A DNA stretch of 64,000 nucleotides from an uncultured delta proteobacterium (GCA_963729715.1 CAVSPA010000003.1:288001-352000), one strand, 5' to 3'; shown: positions 1 to 10,813, counted from the first letter of the stretch. Translations and numbers: made by a program. The notes: generated from the sequence alone by a model not told the origin.

Positions 1-252
1 AACACCTGGTTGGCGCTCCATGAGGCCGAAAAGCAGGTGGCGGTAACAAAAAAATCAATAGAGCAGGCGGACGAGAATTTCCGCGTCAGCACGGAAAGAT
101 ACAGGGAGCACGTGGGAACGTCGACGGACGTCATCGATGCGCAGACCCTGCTTACAAAAGCGAAGACGGATTACTTCAATGCCTTAAGCGACTACAATAT
201 AAGCATAGCCAGACTGGAAAGGGCGATGGGCGTGCGGGAGGTTTTGCCATGA
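1..252 (+). CDS. TolC-family outer membrane efflux protein, C-terminal part (truncated by window edge)
   Basis: OEP-type C-terminal repeat ([20 protein letters not shown]...ARLERAMG); directly upstream of a membrane fusion protein gene. Confidence 0.85.
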   Translation, partial: NTWLALHEAEKQVAVTKKSIEQADENFRVSTERYREHVGTSTDVIDAQTLLTKAKTDYFNALSDYNISIARLERAMGVREVLP

Positions 253-1259
253 AGAAGAGGATAATCGTCGTAGTTTTTGTCGTTCTCCTTGTAGGTGTTA
301 GCGCCCTGGTCTATTTCGGACAGTGGCAGTCACAGCGGGGTGAACTTTATTATTCCGGAACGATTGAGGCAACTAACTCCAATCTCGCCTTCCAGGCAAG
401 CGGCCGCGTCATCAACGTAGCTGTCCGGGAAGGTTACGCCGTAAAAAAGGATCAACTCCTTGCCGAACTCGATCCCACGGAGTTTCAGTCAAAGAAAGAG
501 CAGGCACAGGCTAATCATGCCCGGTTGATCAAGACACGGGATCAACTCACAACAACTCTTAACATATACAAGAGCACCCTTCCGGCCGATGTCGTAAGGG
601 CGGGGACAAATGTCACAAGCGCACGGGACGTCATGGATGACGCCCAGAAGAATTATCAGCGGTACGAGCAGTTGTTCAAACGAGGCGTCGTTACCGAGAA
701 GGAAAGGGACTCCGTAAAGCTCAGCTATGATACGGCTAAGTCTAGACTTGATGATGCCGAAGCTGCCTTGAGACAGGCGAAGAGCAATCTGAAAAAGGTT
801 GAAGCAACAGAGCAGGAAATAGAAGCAGCCAACTCTCAGATCAAACAGGCCAAAGCGGCTTTCGAACAGTCCGACATTCAATTGCAATATACCCGGCTGC
901 TCGCGCCGTACAACGGAATCATCACGAGCCGCAACGTTGAACCCGGAGAAGTGGTGAGCCCCGGCCGCGAGGTGCTTTCCATGGCCGATCTCGAGACGGT
1001 AGACCTGAAAATATTTGTGGACGAGACTGAGATCGGAAAGGTGAAACCGGGGCAGGATGTGGATGTGAAAATAGATACCTTCCCCAATAAGGTTTACAAA
1101 GGGAAGGTGACGTTCATCTCACCCGAGGGCGAATTCACCCCTAAGATAATCCAGACCAAGAAAGAGAGAGTGAAACTGGTGTACCTCGTGAAGGTCTCCA
1201 TTCCTAATCCTTCTTTCGAACTGAAGTCCGGCATGCCGGCGGACGCCTGGCTGCGGTAG
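249..1259 (+). CDS. HlyD/YbhG-type periplasmic adaptor (membrane fusion protein)
   Basis: N-terminal TM anchor, lipoyl-like halves ([22 protein letters not shown]), coiled coil, EFTPKIIQT motif. Confidence 0.92.
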   Translation: MKKRIIVVVFVVLLVGVSALVYFGQWQSQRGELYYSGTIEATNSNLAFQASGRVINVAVREGYAVKKDQLLAELDPTEFQSKKEQAQANHARLIKTRDQLTTTLNIYKSTLPADVVRAGTNVTSARDVMDDAQKNYQRYEQLFKRGVVTEKERDSVKLSYDTAKSRLDDAEAALRQAKSNLKKVEATEQEIEAANSQIKQAKAAFEQSDIQLQYTRLLAPYNGIITSRNVEPGEVVSPGREVLSMADLETVDLKIFVDETEIGKVKPGQDVDVKIDTFPNKVYKGKVTFISPEGEFTPKIIQTKKERVKLVYLVKVSIPNPSFELKSGMPADAWLR

Positions 1260-1285
1260 AAAAAACTCTTGAGGCAGCGTAAGCA

Positions 1286-2050
1286 TTGTCTTCAAACGGC
1301 ACATCTTTCATTTCTATTGAGCACGTTTCCATGCGCTTCGGCGATGTGGAGGCAGTGCATGATCTTTCCCTATCCGTCGAACCGGGAACCATCTTTGGTC
1401 TCGTAGGGTCCGATGGGGCGGGAAAATCAACACTGCTGCGGATGGTGGCGACCATGATCCGGCCGGCATCGGGGAACATTCTGATCGGCACTCTCGATGT
1501 GGTCCGGGACAAACAGCGGGTGAAACCTTTGATCGGCTATATGCCGCAGCGTTTTGGCCTCTACCAGGACCTGACAGTCGACGAAAACATGCAATTCTTC
1601 ATGGATGTTTTTAATGTCCCGAGGCAGGAACGTGCTCAGAGAAGACAGAAGTACCTCGGATTTTCTAATCTGCTCCCCTTTGTCAGTCGTCAGGCAGGCA
1701 ACCTCTCCGGTGGAATGAAGCAGAAACTCGGATTGGCCTGCGTTCTGGTCCATGAACCGAAGGTGCTGATCCTCGATGAACCGACGAACGGCGTGGACCC
1801 TGTTTCACGGCAGGAGTTTTGGGAAATACTCGCCCAGATGCGCGCGGACGGCATGACCATCATGGTATCCACCGCCTATCTCGACGAGGGAGAAAAATGC
1901 GACCGTCTGGCGCTGATGCATCGTTCCCGTGTTCTTGACGTCGCCGCGCCGCAGGAAATACGCGGCCGTTTCGCAAGCCTCGAAGAGGCCATGATCAAGC
2001 GCATCCAGGAAGTGGATGAGGAGATCGTTCATGATTCCTTCAAACGCTGA
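1286..2050 (+). CDS. ABC transporter ATP-binding protein (YbhF-like, first NBD)
   Basis: Walker A GSDGAGKST, LSGGMKQ signature, ILDEPT. Confidence 0.93.
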   Translation: MSSNGTSFISIEHVSMRFGDVEAVHDLSLSVEPGTIFGLVGSDGAGKSTLLRMVATMIRPASGNILIGTLDVVRDKQRVKPLIGYMPQRFGLYQDLTVDENMQFFMDVFNVPRQERAQRRQKYLGFSNLLPFVSRQAGNLSGGMKQKLGLACVLVHEPKVLILDEPTNGVDPVSRQEFWEILAQMRADGMTIMVSTAYLDEGEKCDRLALMHRSRVLDVAAPQEIRGRFASLEEAMIKRIQEVDEEIVHDSFKR

Positions 2051-2807
2051 GGCCGTAGCTGTAACGGCTCTTGAGAAGCGGTTCGGCGCCTTCGTCGCGG
2101 TGGATAAGATCACCTTCTCCGTAAGAAGGGGAGAAATCTTCGGTTTCCTCGGACCCAACGGTTCCGGGAAATCGACGACCATCCGCATGCTCTGCGGCAT
2201 TCTGACCCCCACGTCCGGGAGCGGCCATGTGGCAGGACACGACATCGCAAGAGACCCTGAGGAAATCAAAAAATCCATCGGGTATATGTCCCAGAAATTT
2301 TCCCTCTATGAAGACTTGACTCCCTACGAAAATATCAGATTCTATCTGGGCGTCTACGCTGTGCCCGAGGACCAGTGGAAAGAGCGCATCGACTGGATAC
2401 TGGATATGACACAGCTTGCAGAGGTGCGTAATCGATATACCCGGGAACTGCCGCAGGGCTGGCGTCAGCGTCTTGCCTTGGGCTGCGCCCTTCTCCACCG
2501 CCCGGAAATTCTTTTCCTCGATGAACCCACGTCGGGCGTGGATCCAATCACACGCCAACACTTCTGGGATTTCATCCGTCAGCTCGCTGCGGAGGAAATC
2601 ACCGTATTCGTCACTACACACTATATGGATGAAGCCCGGCATTGCGGGCGTATCGTAATGATCAACGAGGGTAAAATTGTTGCCGTCGGCAGTCCCGCGG
2701 AAATAATTGCTGCCACGTGTCCGGGGCGTCCTGATGCCGACCTGAATGAAGCCTTTATCATTCTCATGTCCGGGAAAACAACTTCTAACGAGGTATCTCA
2801 CCATTGA
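2031..2807 (+). CDS. ABC transporter ATP-binding protein (YbhF-like, second NBD)
   Basis: GPNGSGKST, degenerate signature LPQGWRQ, FLDEPT, TTHYMDEA; start could be 2016 or 2031. Confidence 0.93.
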   Translation: MIPSNAEAVAVTALEKRFGAFVAVDKITFSVRRGEIFGFLGPNGSGKSTTIRMLCGILTPTSGSGHVAGHDIARDPEEIKKSIGYMSQKFSLYEDLTPYENIRFYLGVYAVPEDQWKERIDWILDMTQLAEVRNRYTRELPQGWRQRLALGCALLHRPEILFLDEPTSGVDPITRQHFWDFIRQLAAEEITVFVTTHYMDEARHCGRIVMINEGKIVAVGSPAEIIAATCPGRPDADLNEAFIILMSGKTTSNEVSHH

Positions 2808-3937
2808 GACTGAGAAATATTAAAGCTGTAACCCGCAAGGAGTTCTATCATTTGATACGCGATTTCCGGAGCCTGTATCTGGCATTTGCCCTGCCGCTGC
2901 TGCTCATTCTGCTTTTCGGCTATGCCTTGAGTCTTGATGTAGATAACGTGGAAACAATCGTGGTGGATCATGACAATACGGATCTGAGCCGTGAGTTTAT
3001 TCTGCGCCTCGAAGGCTCGCCCTATTTTCATGTTGCCGCCCACCTGCCCAATATAAATGCCGCCACCGATTATTTAGACCGTGGAAAGGCGATACTTGCG
3101 ATCATAATACCACCGAACTGGGCAAGAGACATCCACTCGGATCGTGCAGCGCAACTTCAGGTCCTTCTCGATGGAAGCGACCCGAGCTTTGCCAATATCA
3201 CGCGAGGATATGTGAATGCCTTCATCTCACAGTACAACCAGAAACTGCTTATTTCATTCCTCAACCGCCAGGGGATGGACCAGATAAGGCCGCCCATCAA
3301 CGGCCGCGTGCGCGTATGGTTTAACGAAGACTTGGAGAGCCGTAATTTCATCGTTCCCGGAATCATTGCCGTCATCATCATGATCGTGGGGGCCATGCTG
3401 ACCTCCCTTGTCATCGCACGGGAGTACGAGAACGGAACAATGGAAACGATCAAGTCTCTGCCGCTCTCTGTCGGTGACTTGCTGATCGGTAAGGCGATCC
3501 CGTATTTCTTTGTCGGACTGACCGATGTCCTTATCTCCATTCTCATGGGTCAGGTTCTCTTCGGCGTCGTCATGAAGTCCAGCTTCTGGTTGATGATCTT
3601 GGCCTCTTCCATTTACCTGGCCGTAGCATTGACGCTCGGTCTCTTCATTTCCTGCGTCACGAAAACACAACTGCTTGCCAATCAGGGCGCCATTCTTCTG
3701 ACATACCTTCCTTCACTGCTTCTCTCCAATTTCGTCTTCCCTGTGGTCAATATGCCGACGGTCCTGCAGCTCGTGACATACGTCGTTCCCGCCACCTATT
3801 ACGTCAATATTCTGAGCGGCTTATATCTGCGTAACCTTGGGTTCGCCCATCTGTGGCCGAGCTATCTGGTCATGCTCTTCATGGCCGCCGTTCTTGCGGT
3901 CCTGAACTACGCCTTGCTCAAGAGGGAGGGGCTGTAA
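2804..3937 (+). CDS. ABC-2 type permease (YbhS-like)
   Basis: N-terminal TM, periplasmic loop, IAREYENGTME motif, C-terminal TM bundle. Confidence 0.92.
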   Translation: MRLRNIKAVTRKEFYHLIRDFRSLYLAFALPLLLILLFGYALSLDVDNVETIVVDHDNTDLSREFILRLEGSPYFHVAAHLPNINAATDYLDRGKAILAIIIPPNWARDIHSDRAAQLQVLLDGSDPSFANITRGYVNAFISQYNQKLLISFLNRQGMDQIRPPINGRVRVWFNEDLESRNFIVPGIIAVIIMIVGAMLTSLVIAREYENGTMETIKSLPLSVGDLLIGKAIPYFFVGLTDVLISILMGQVLFGVVMKSSFWLMILASSIYLAVALTLGLFISCVTKTQLLANQGAILLTYLPSLLLSNFVFPVVNMPTVLQLVTYVVPATYYVNILSGLYLRNLGFAHLWPSYLVMLFMAAVLAVLNYALLKREGL

Positions 3938-3938
3938 T

Positions 3939-5060
3939 ATGAGCTGGCTTCGCATCCGTGAACTCGTCCGCAAGGAGTTTATTCTGCTCTTCCGCCACAG
4001 GAGAAGCAGGCGCGTCCTCATCGTTGCGCCGCTCATCCAGTTACTCTTGTTCGGATACGTCGTGAATTACGACATAAGGGTGATCCAGATCGCTATTCTC
4101 GATCAGTCCCACACACGGGAAAGCCGCATGGTAGCTGACGCCTTCAGTGCCAATAAAATTTTCAGGATCACCCAGATTTTGCAGAACGACCGTGAACTGG
4201 AGCAGACTCTTTTAGATACAAAGGTCGATATGGCGATCAAGATAGGGCCTGATCTCAGCAAGAAAATCAGAAAAGGAGAAACGGCCGAGATTCAAATCAT
4301 TGCCGATGGAACCATGAGCAACATGGCCTCCATCCGGATAGCTTATTCTATGCTGGTCATTGACAAGTTGAACCAGGACCTACTCAAGGAGCTGTATCCC
4401 CAGCATCTGGATTACGGCAAAATCGACGCGAGAATCAGAACGTGGTACAATCCAAACCTTGACAGTCAGTATTTCTTTGTTCCCGGCATCGTCGCTTTTG
4501 TGATTATGCTGATCGCCCTGCTCTTGACCTCGATTGCCATCATCAGGGAAAAAGAGGCCGGCACAATTGAGCAGTTGATTGTGACGCCCCTGAAGCCCAT
4601 TGAACTCATCGTGGGGAAAACGATTCCCTATATCATCATCTCGATCCTGCAGATGGTCGCAGTTACGATCATCGCCGTTGTCTGGTTCGAGATACCGCTC
4701 GCCGGGAGCGTTATCCTGCTCTTTGTAGCTACATTGCTCTTTCTTCTCTCCACTCTCGGCGTGGGTCTCTTTATCTCTACCGTTTCTTCAACACAGCAGC
4801 AGGCCATGATGACCACATTCTTTTTTCTTCTTCCCTTCTTCATGCTCAGCGGCTTTGTCTTTCCCATTGTCAACATGCCCGTTTTCGTTCAGTGGTTGAC
4901 ATACTTGAACCCTTTGAGGTATTTTCTGGTTATCATCAGGGGCATTTTCCTGAAGGGCATTGGTCTTGAAATTCTCTGGCCCCAGTGTGTGGCATTGACC
5001 ATAATCGGCCTTGTGGTGTTTACTGCTGCCGTAAGACGTTTCAGGAAGCGCCTTGACTAA
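3939..5060 (+). CDS. ABC-2 type permease (YbhR-like)
   Basis: RTWYNPNLDS, IREKEAGTIEQL, LSGFVFP motifs. Confidence 0.92.
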   Translation: MSWLRIRELVRKEFILLFRHRRSRRVLIVAPLIQLLLFGYVVNYDIRVIQIAILDQSHTRESRMVADAFSANKIFRITQILQNDRELEQTLLDTKVDMAIKIGPDLSKKIRKGETAEIQIIADGTMSNMASIRIAYSMLVIDKLNQDLLKELYPQHLDYGKIDARIRTWYNPNLDSQYFFVPGIVAFVIMLIALLLTSIAIIREKEAGTIEQLIVTPLKPIELIVGKTIPYIIISILQMVAVTIIAVVWFEIPLAGSVILLFVATLLFLLSTLGVGLFISTVSSTQQQAMMTTFFFLLPFFMLSGFVFPIVNMPVFVQWLTYLNPLRYFLVIIRGIFLKGIGLEILWPQCVALTIIGLVVFTAAVRRFRKRLD

Positions 5061-5772
5061 AGACGGGACAGGCATCATGACAACTTCTGATTCGTCTCTA
5101 AAACATAACCCCTTCGGAGAACTGAAGAACTGCGTCGCACGCAAGACGCAGCCTAAGCCAACGTCAGCGCGCGTATCCAAATGCGAGCCGGAGCCTGCAT
5201 GCGATCCAGAAATTGAAGAGCAGGTTTTTCTCGAAGCCGTTCAGGATGTGAAGCCGATGCAGCAAGACAAACGCGCAGGGAAGAAGATCAGGAGCCGGCC
5301 GCCGAAGGCCGTCAAAGAGCTCCCGGAAACGGCAATCGTCGGTCAGCTTACGAATCTCGTAAAATACGGAGAGGGTTTCGTCATTTCGGATACGCCGGAG
5401 TATATCGAGGGCACAGGCTATGATGTGCATCCGGAGTTTGCCGTGAGACTCCATCGCGGGGATTTTTCCATACAGGCCCACGTTGATCTTCACGGGCAGG
5501 GCGTAGCGGAGGCAAAGAAAACATTCGAAGAGTTCCTGACCGGGGCAGTCAAATCGGGCAGGAGGACGGTCCTGATCATCCACGGGCGCGGTCTCTCATC
5601 GCCCGGTGAGCCGTTGCTGAAAAATAACGTCCGTGAGTGGCTTACCCGCGGTCACTGGCGCAAGTGGGTGATCGCTTTTTCAAGCGCGCAGTCCTATGAC
5701 GGCGGCGCAGGTGCAACGTACGTCCTCCTCCGCCAACGGCCTGTTTCAAAGCGCGTGCGAAAGGGACGATGA
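5053..5772 (+). CDS. Smr/MutS2-domain endonuclease
   Basis: VDLHG, IIHGRG, DGGAGATYVLL motifs; start may be ATG 5077. Confidence 0.9.
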   Translation: MTKDGTGIMTTSDSSLKHNPFGELKNCVARKTQPKPTSARVSKCEPEPACDPEIEEQVFLEAVQDVKPMQQDKRAGKKIRSRPPKAVKELPETAIVGQLTNLVKYGEGFVISDTPEYIEGTGYDVHPEFAVRLHRGDFSIQAHVDLHGQGVAEAKKTFEEFLTGAVKSGRRTVLIIHGRGLSSPGEPLLKNNVREWLTRGHWRKWVIAFSSAQSYDGGAGATYVLLRQRPVSKRVRKGR

Positions 5773-5830
5773 GCGGAATAATTCATTGTAACTCCGGCAA
5801 ATGTCCTTATCGTGGGCGGGAATAATGGAA

Positions 5831-5904
5831 TGTAGTGCAGACCTTCAGGTCTTCTTTCATCACAGTGTGCTCCCCCTTTCTTAAAGGGGGATTCGGAAGG
5901 ATTT
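5831..5904. repeat. Degenerate REP-like palindromes (GTAG..GCAGACCTTCAGGTCT and CCCCCTTT-CTT-AAAGGGGG)
   Basis: Two short inverted repeats in the intergenic region. Confidence 0.45.
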
Positions 5905-5907
5905 TAA

Positions 5908-6381
5908 ATGCCCATACGCGAGGTAGGTTCTGTGACGCATACTTTCTTGTTACAAGAGGGAGTCTGGATCGCCCGCGGCCATTACTTTGATGACATGGAG
6001 CGCATGCTGGCGCTCGAGGGAATGGTCAGAATCACGCACCTAAAAGGTCTGTGGCTGAATGAAGGGGAGGCGGAAATCAAGATGGGAGAGAATCCTGTCA
6101 ATATCCACAGTCGCTACGAAATTATTCCTTTCGAAGAAGGCATGAATCAGACGACCTGGGAATCCGTGAACCCTGACCTGGGAATTCTACGGGGCCAAGT
6201 TATCATCGTTGCCGATACGATCATCTCTACCTGCCGCTCGGAAAAAGGTGAATCCACCGGCGCCGAATTCCATATAAGAGTGAGTGACGTTCATTATAAG
6301 AATCGAGGTATTTTCTTGAAAGGAAATGACAAGTTGTCATCCTGGAGCGTCGATCTGAAAAAATCATCCGAAAATTTATGA
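5908..6381 (+). CDS. Hypothetical protein (beta-strand rich)
   Basis: 157-aa ORF, plausible composition; no motif recognised. Confidence 0.6.
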   Translation: MPIREVGSVTHTFLLQEGVWIARGHYFDDMERMLALEGMVRITHLKGLWLNEGEAEIKMGENPVNIHSRYEIIPFEEGMNQTTWESVNPDLGILRGQVIIVADTIISTCRSEKGESTGAEFHIRVSDVHYKNRGIFLKGNDKLSSWSVDLKKSSENL

Positions 6382-6510
6382 AACTATTGTTTTCGAAGTC
6401 ATGAGACGGTTTAGAAAACGGCTTGATTAAGTGGGGCGTTTCCTGTAAATATTCTGAACATCACATCCATCAAAAAAGTTCGCCGAAGCCTGGTCAATGG
6501 AGAAGGGACA

Positions 6511-7506
6511 ATGCTGAGAGTCCTTGACGACGAATCCGCCATTAAAAGATACAGGCGACAGTTTATAAAAAGCTTCAAACCTTTCATCGATGAAAAAATC
6601 CCTGTGAATCTCGGCCATCCCGGTGCGACGGTCAAGGCAAAGGTCTTGTGGTCGGAGCGCCTCGGCATCTGGATGGTGAACGAGAAGACGTCGGGAAACA
6701 GGTACGGACACGCCTTCGGAGCGGAAAAGCCGGCAGGTACATCTCATATCCCGATTACATGTGAAATCAATTTCCCCGTAAAGGGGATTGACAGGCGCAT
6801 GGGCGGGGCGCTGGCGGAAGACCGCAACGGCCGCATCGTCGTGGTGCACCGGGGCAGAATCGGCGGCGGCAAGAAAGGTGTCGGCAAGGCCCTGTTCGAT
6901 GACCATTACAGGGGCGTTTGGGCAATCATGGAAGACGGTTCCGCGGAAACCACGGTAGCTTTAATAGGCGTTCTGAATTCACCCCGTTTTGTCAGGCAGG
7001 TCAGTCAATTTGTCCGCAAGGTTGACAGGCTGAAAGATCTTTTTTCGTCCCGGACTGCTCAAGTGGAAATGTCTTTCGACGAACTTCATTTTCGGGAAGA
7101 GCTTATCGGTGTGAGCTATGCGGATCCGCTGACTGATCCCGCATCTATGTGCGACCATGGTCTAATCATAAAGGATTTATACGATGCGCTTTCCCACCTC
7201 AGTCTTAGAGCGGGGAATGATCCAGAACGGGACCTCCTTATAGTAAATGCCAGGAAAGAGATAACTGCCGTTTTTGAAGTAATCACCGATGCATCAATAC
7301 ACAGTATACAGTCTGCCGCCGCCCGGCTGCTCCTCGCCAACACCGAACTCCCCAAACAACCCCGTCTGATTCTTGCTGTTCCGGAGGCTGTCGATGAAAC
7401 GCTACAGAGAAAACTAAAGAAACTTGGCGTCGATGTGCTTCCCTACAATTGGAAGCATGATGAAACCGTCTTCCTCGCTCTTCCTGCGCTGATTTCCGAA
7501 GCCTGA
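6511..7506 (+). CDS. Hypothetical protein with degenerate C-terminal PD-(D/E)XK-like region
   Basis: 331 aa with upstream purine-rich RBS; RDLLIV...FEVIT...IQSAAARL resembles D..FEVKT..AxGQL nuclease pattern. Confidence 0.65.
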   Translation: MLRVLDDESAIKRYRRQFIKSFKPFIDEKIPVNLGHPGATVKAKVLWSERLGIWMVNEKTSGNRYGHAFGAEKPAGTSHIPITCEINFPVKGIDRRMGGALAEDRNGRIVVVHRGRIGGGKKGVGKALFDDHYRGVWAIMEDGSAETTVALIGVLNSPRFVRQVSQFVRKVDRLKDLFSSRTAQVEMSFDELHFREELIGVSYADPLTDPASMCDHGLIIKDLYDALSHLSLRAGNDPERDLLIVNARKEITAVFEVITDASIHSIQSAAARLLLANTELPKQPRLILAVPEAVDETLQRKLKKLGVDVLPYNWKHDETVFLALPALISEA

Positions 7507-7574
7507 TATGTGACGGGAGACAGAGCGCAAGAGTGCAATACCCTCTTCTTGAAGTCCTTTCGAAAAAGAATATT

Positions 7575-8539
7575 ATGCGCATCAAAGAAAAAGACATTAA
7601 ATTACTGTGGGGTCGAGCTGCAAGTAGGTGTTCTTTTACAGAATGCAGGATGAAATTGAGTCAGGACAAGAAAAGATCAACAAAGGCTTTTCCCATAGGA
7701 GAACAAGCGCATATAGTTGTAAAAGAAGAAGATAGTGCACGAAGTGTCAGTATTCTATCTATAGAAGAACGAGATTCATACCACAATCTCATTCTATTGT
7801 ACCCCCCTCATCATACTATCATAGATAAGAATCCCGAAGATTATCCAATTGAAGCATTACACATGATAAAATCTCAACATGAATACTGGGTAGAAAGCGC
7901 TCTTTCGGGATCATCTGATTTGAAAGATCAAGCTGACGCTATTATCTACGGACATTTGATTGATATGGCTGTCGAAGCCTGCTCATTTGACAATTGGGAA
8001 AATTGTGTTAGTGGTTTAAACATGCCTGCGCATAGACTGAAGATCGACGTTTATGAAAAAGCAATCAAATCACAATAAAAATGCATAAGGCTGTCTTTCC
8101 TGGAACTTTGATCTAGCTAGAATCCGCAACGAAATTGTTTTCACGTAGTATGAACATAATGCTTAATTTGTATATGGAAAACGCCGAGAGTAAGGGTGAT
8201 GTATTTGTTGAGGACAGGACTTACAAAAGGACATGGCACGATCAAAAAGTATTTAGGGAGATAGTCACTCGACGAGATAGTTGGGAACGTTGTTTGGACG
8301 AGCTTGTACGAGAGGTTGTAAAGGCTGCTAATTGGCTTGCTGATATAGTACGTAGGGACATTAACCCTCTATTTATGGCAACCCAAGGTAAATTCTCTTT
8401 AGTTCATGGACCAGATGAGCGCTTATCATTTCAGACGACTATTCCAGAGTATTCAGCCGATGAAAAAATGGACTAAATTACTTCATATAAAGAGAAGTGT
8501 ATCTCTCTTAGAAAAATGTCTGATTCAATTGATATCTGA
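7575..8539 (+). pseudogene. HNH endonuclease-domain gene, disrupted (frameshift ~8075, TAG 8114-8116, TAA 8474-8476)
   Basis: LWGRAASRCSFTEC...EQAHIV...NLILL(Y)PPHHTIID HNH pattern with Cys>Tyr; second frame reads through two stops to TGA 8537-8539; AT-rich. Confidence 0.75.
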
Positions 8540-8655
8540 GACATTGCATTTGCAGAATAAATGATTCTATCCGACGCTTATAATACTGAGCTCATTTTGG
8601 GAGTTGTAGGAACAGGGTAGGGCAATCATCAAGTCGTAACCACTTTCCACTTGCC

Positions 8656-9348
8656 ATGAAAGAATTCGTCTGTTTTGCCCATCGAGGTGCATCGGGGCAT
8701 GAACCGGAAAACACGCTGGCAGCAGTGGAGAAGGCCATTGCTCTGGGCGCTGATTGGATTGAAGTGGATGTGTATGCCGTTGCGGGCGAGTTGATTGTCA
8801 TACACGATGAGCGACTCGAGCGGACGACAAGCGGCGCCGGTTATGTCAGAGATGCATCGCTGGCCTACCTACGTTTCCTCGATGCGGGGAAAGGTCAGCG
8901 TATCCCCACCCTCCGTGAGGTCTTAGACTCTGTAGATGGCAGAGCAGGGATAGATGTCGAGTTGAAAGGGCCGGGGACCGCGGGATTGGCGGTTTCCCTG
9001 ATCGAAAAGTATGTCAGGGGGCGGCAATGGAATTATGAACAGTTCATCGTATCATCATTTAACCGTCGCCAATTAAGGAAGGTTAGGAAACTCAATCCCC
9101 ATATCAGGATCGGTATTCTCATAGATCGTCCCCGTCGCCACTACGCGATATTTGCCCGACGATATCATGCGTACTCTGTACATGCCCATATCAATATCGC
9201 AAGCACACGATTTATTGCGCGAGCCCACGAGCGGGGACTGAAGGTATTTATGTATACGGTTAATAGTCCGGAAGACATTGATAGATTGCAGGCATTAAGG
9301 GTTGACGGGATATTCACCGACTTTCCTGAACTCGTTGTTAAAAGATGA
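8656..9348 (+). CDS. Glycerophosphodiester phosphodiesterase
   Basis: AHRGASG-EPENT, IEVDV, HD, IPTLREV, ELK, GIFTDFP. Confidence 0.95.
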   Translation: MKEFVCFAHRGASGHEPENTLAAVEKAIALGADWIEVDVYAVAGELIVIHDERLERTTSGAGYVRDASLAYLRFLDAGKGQRIPTLREVLDSVDGRAGIDVELKGPGTAGLAVSLIEKYVRGRQWNYEQFIVSSFNRRQLRKVRKLNPHIRIGILIDRPRRHYAIFARRYHAYSVHAHINIASTRFIARAHERGLKVFMYTVNSPEDIDRLQALRVDGIFTDFPELVVKR

Positions 9349-9383
9349 CGACCTTACATTTGTTCAGAACGACGGTACCTCTT

Positions 9384-9405
9384 GATTCCCGCTTTCGGGA
9401 ATGAC
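9384..9405. repeat. Degenerate GATTCCCGC..GGGAATGAC palindromic repeat
   Basis: gattcccgctttcgggaatgac between convergent genes. Confidence 0.45.
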
Positions 9406-9537
9406 AAAAAGGGGAGGAAATGAAGATTTTTCTTGAGTGACAGACGCAGGAGCGACGTCGTGGAATAAGGGTAGCCGCCGCAGCCGCCGTAACCCCGAAG
9501 GAAGAGGGGATTACGAATGACTGCGACGGAGGATATA

Positions 9538-10479
9538 TCAGAAGCTTAAGGTGACAGTCAGGCCGCCGTAAAGGTAGTTGCTGTCGTTATCGCCCGGACT
9601 AGTCAATTTGCCGCGGGCCTTAATCTCATTTTTTGCATCGTCAGATAGAGGGAAGGAGTAGGATACGGTCGGGGCCACGGTAAGATACTTTGCCACACTT
9701 ATGGGGAGGCTCGCGGTGAGCACGCCGTCGTGGAAATTACTGAATTTGTCGTTTGTCGCCTGGTAATTGTCATTAAACTTCGGATATCCGCCATAAGATG
9801 GATTCACATTGTAGAGGGTTGCATCGGCATAGTCACTGAGTAAGTAGCTTGCGGATGCACCGAGTTGCAGAGAAACGGTCTTGTTTAATTCGAAAGTATG
9901 GGAAATCCCCAACATGAAATAATACTGGTGATAATGATCAATCTCCTTGTAGACCGTAAGAGTCGGCGTGAGGAGAGTATTAATACCTAAGGTGATAAAT
10001 ACTTCTTCTGAATCAAGAGGTTTTGGAGCGCCGGCATTCGGGGCCTGCAAGCCATAATAGATGTAACCAAGACCTGCGTTTAAAATGCCAAAAGTTTTGG
10101 TATAAGAGAGTGTAAGATCCGTTTCCGTCCAGGTGCTAGAATAACTGGCGCTTGTTGTCGAGTAGGGCTGTGTATCAATGTTCCCCCATATATTGGCGCT
10201 GAACCCTTTATAACCGACGGTCAGAGAAGGTTGAATCACAACGCTGTTTTTGGTGTTTTCATATCCCCGCCACACATATTTTGACAAACCGGAAATGGCT
10301 AACGAACCAGTGGGTTTATCTTCCCCAGGCGCAGCCGGAGCGGCAGCTTCTGTTGCAGGGGCAGATACTGCAGCAGGTTTCTGATCTTCAGCCAAGATGG
10401 AGGCCACACCCACTGTCAAAAAGAGCAAGGTCACAATCACACTTAAAAAAGCATTTCTCGCGAAGATATATTTTTTCAT
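9538..10479 (-). CDS. TorF/TIGR02001-like putative outer-membrane porin
   Basis: Signal peptide, SKYVWRG, ETDLTLSY, amphipathic strands, C-terminal Phe; AGGAGG RBS supports ATG 10479. Confidence 0.75.
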   Translation of the reverse strand: MKKYIFARNAFLSVIVTLLFLTVGVASILAEDQKPAAVSAPATEAAAPAAPGEDKPTGSLAISGLSKYVWRGYENTKNSVVIQPSLTVGYKGFSANIWGNIDTQPYSTTSASYSSTWTETDLTLSYTKTFGILNAGLGYIYYGLQAPNAGAPKPLDSEEVFITLGINTLLTPTLTVYKEIDHYHQYYFMLGISHTFELNKTVSLQLGASASYLLSDYADATLYNVNPSYGGYPKFNDNYQATNDKFSNFHDGVLTASLPISVAKYLTVAPTVSYSFPLSDDAKNEIKARGKLTSPGDNDSNYLYGGLTVTLSF

Positions 10480-10516
10480 CACAATTCCTCCTGATCTGAT
10501 TTTCGAAGTTATGTAA

Positions 10517-10533
10517 CTCAAGATATGTGCCAG
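10517..10533 (-). promoter_or_regulatory. sigma54 (-24/-12) promoter, variant
   Basis: Minus strand CTGGCAC-ATATC-TTGA, ~40 bp upstream of the porin start. Confidence 0.6.
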
Positions 10534-10813
10534 ATGTGAAAAGGTGGGTTAGCATCCATAATCAATTGAATGTGGGGAGTATTTGCCTTCTCTCCACGTT
10601 GGTTGAGAATGCGGCAAAGAAACAAAAATGTGATTTCTCTATAGAGTGACAACAAAATTGTATGTCCAGTGAAGTCGCGATGATTGCAGGATAAGCTGCT
10701 TGCAAGATTACTTAAAACAGGCGACCATCTTTTTTCCTTGATAAAACGAAAGCGAATCCTCTATGGTAGCTTTGCTTTCTTGCCATAAGAAGTAATCCGA
10801 TTTGAGGAAATAA

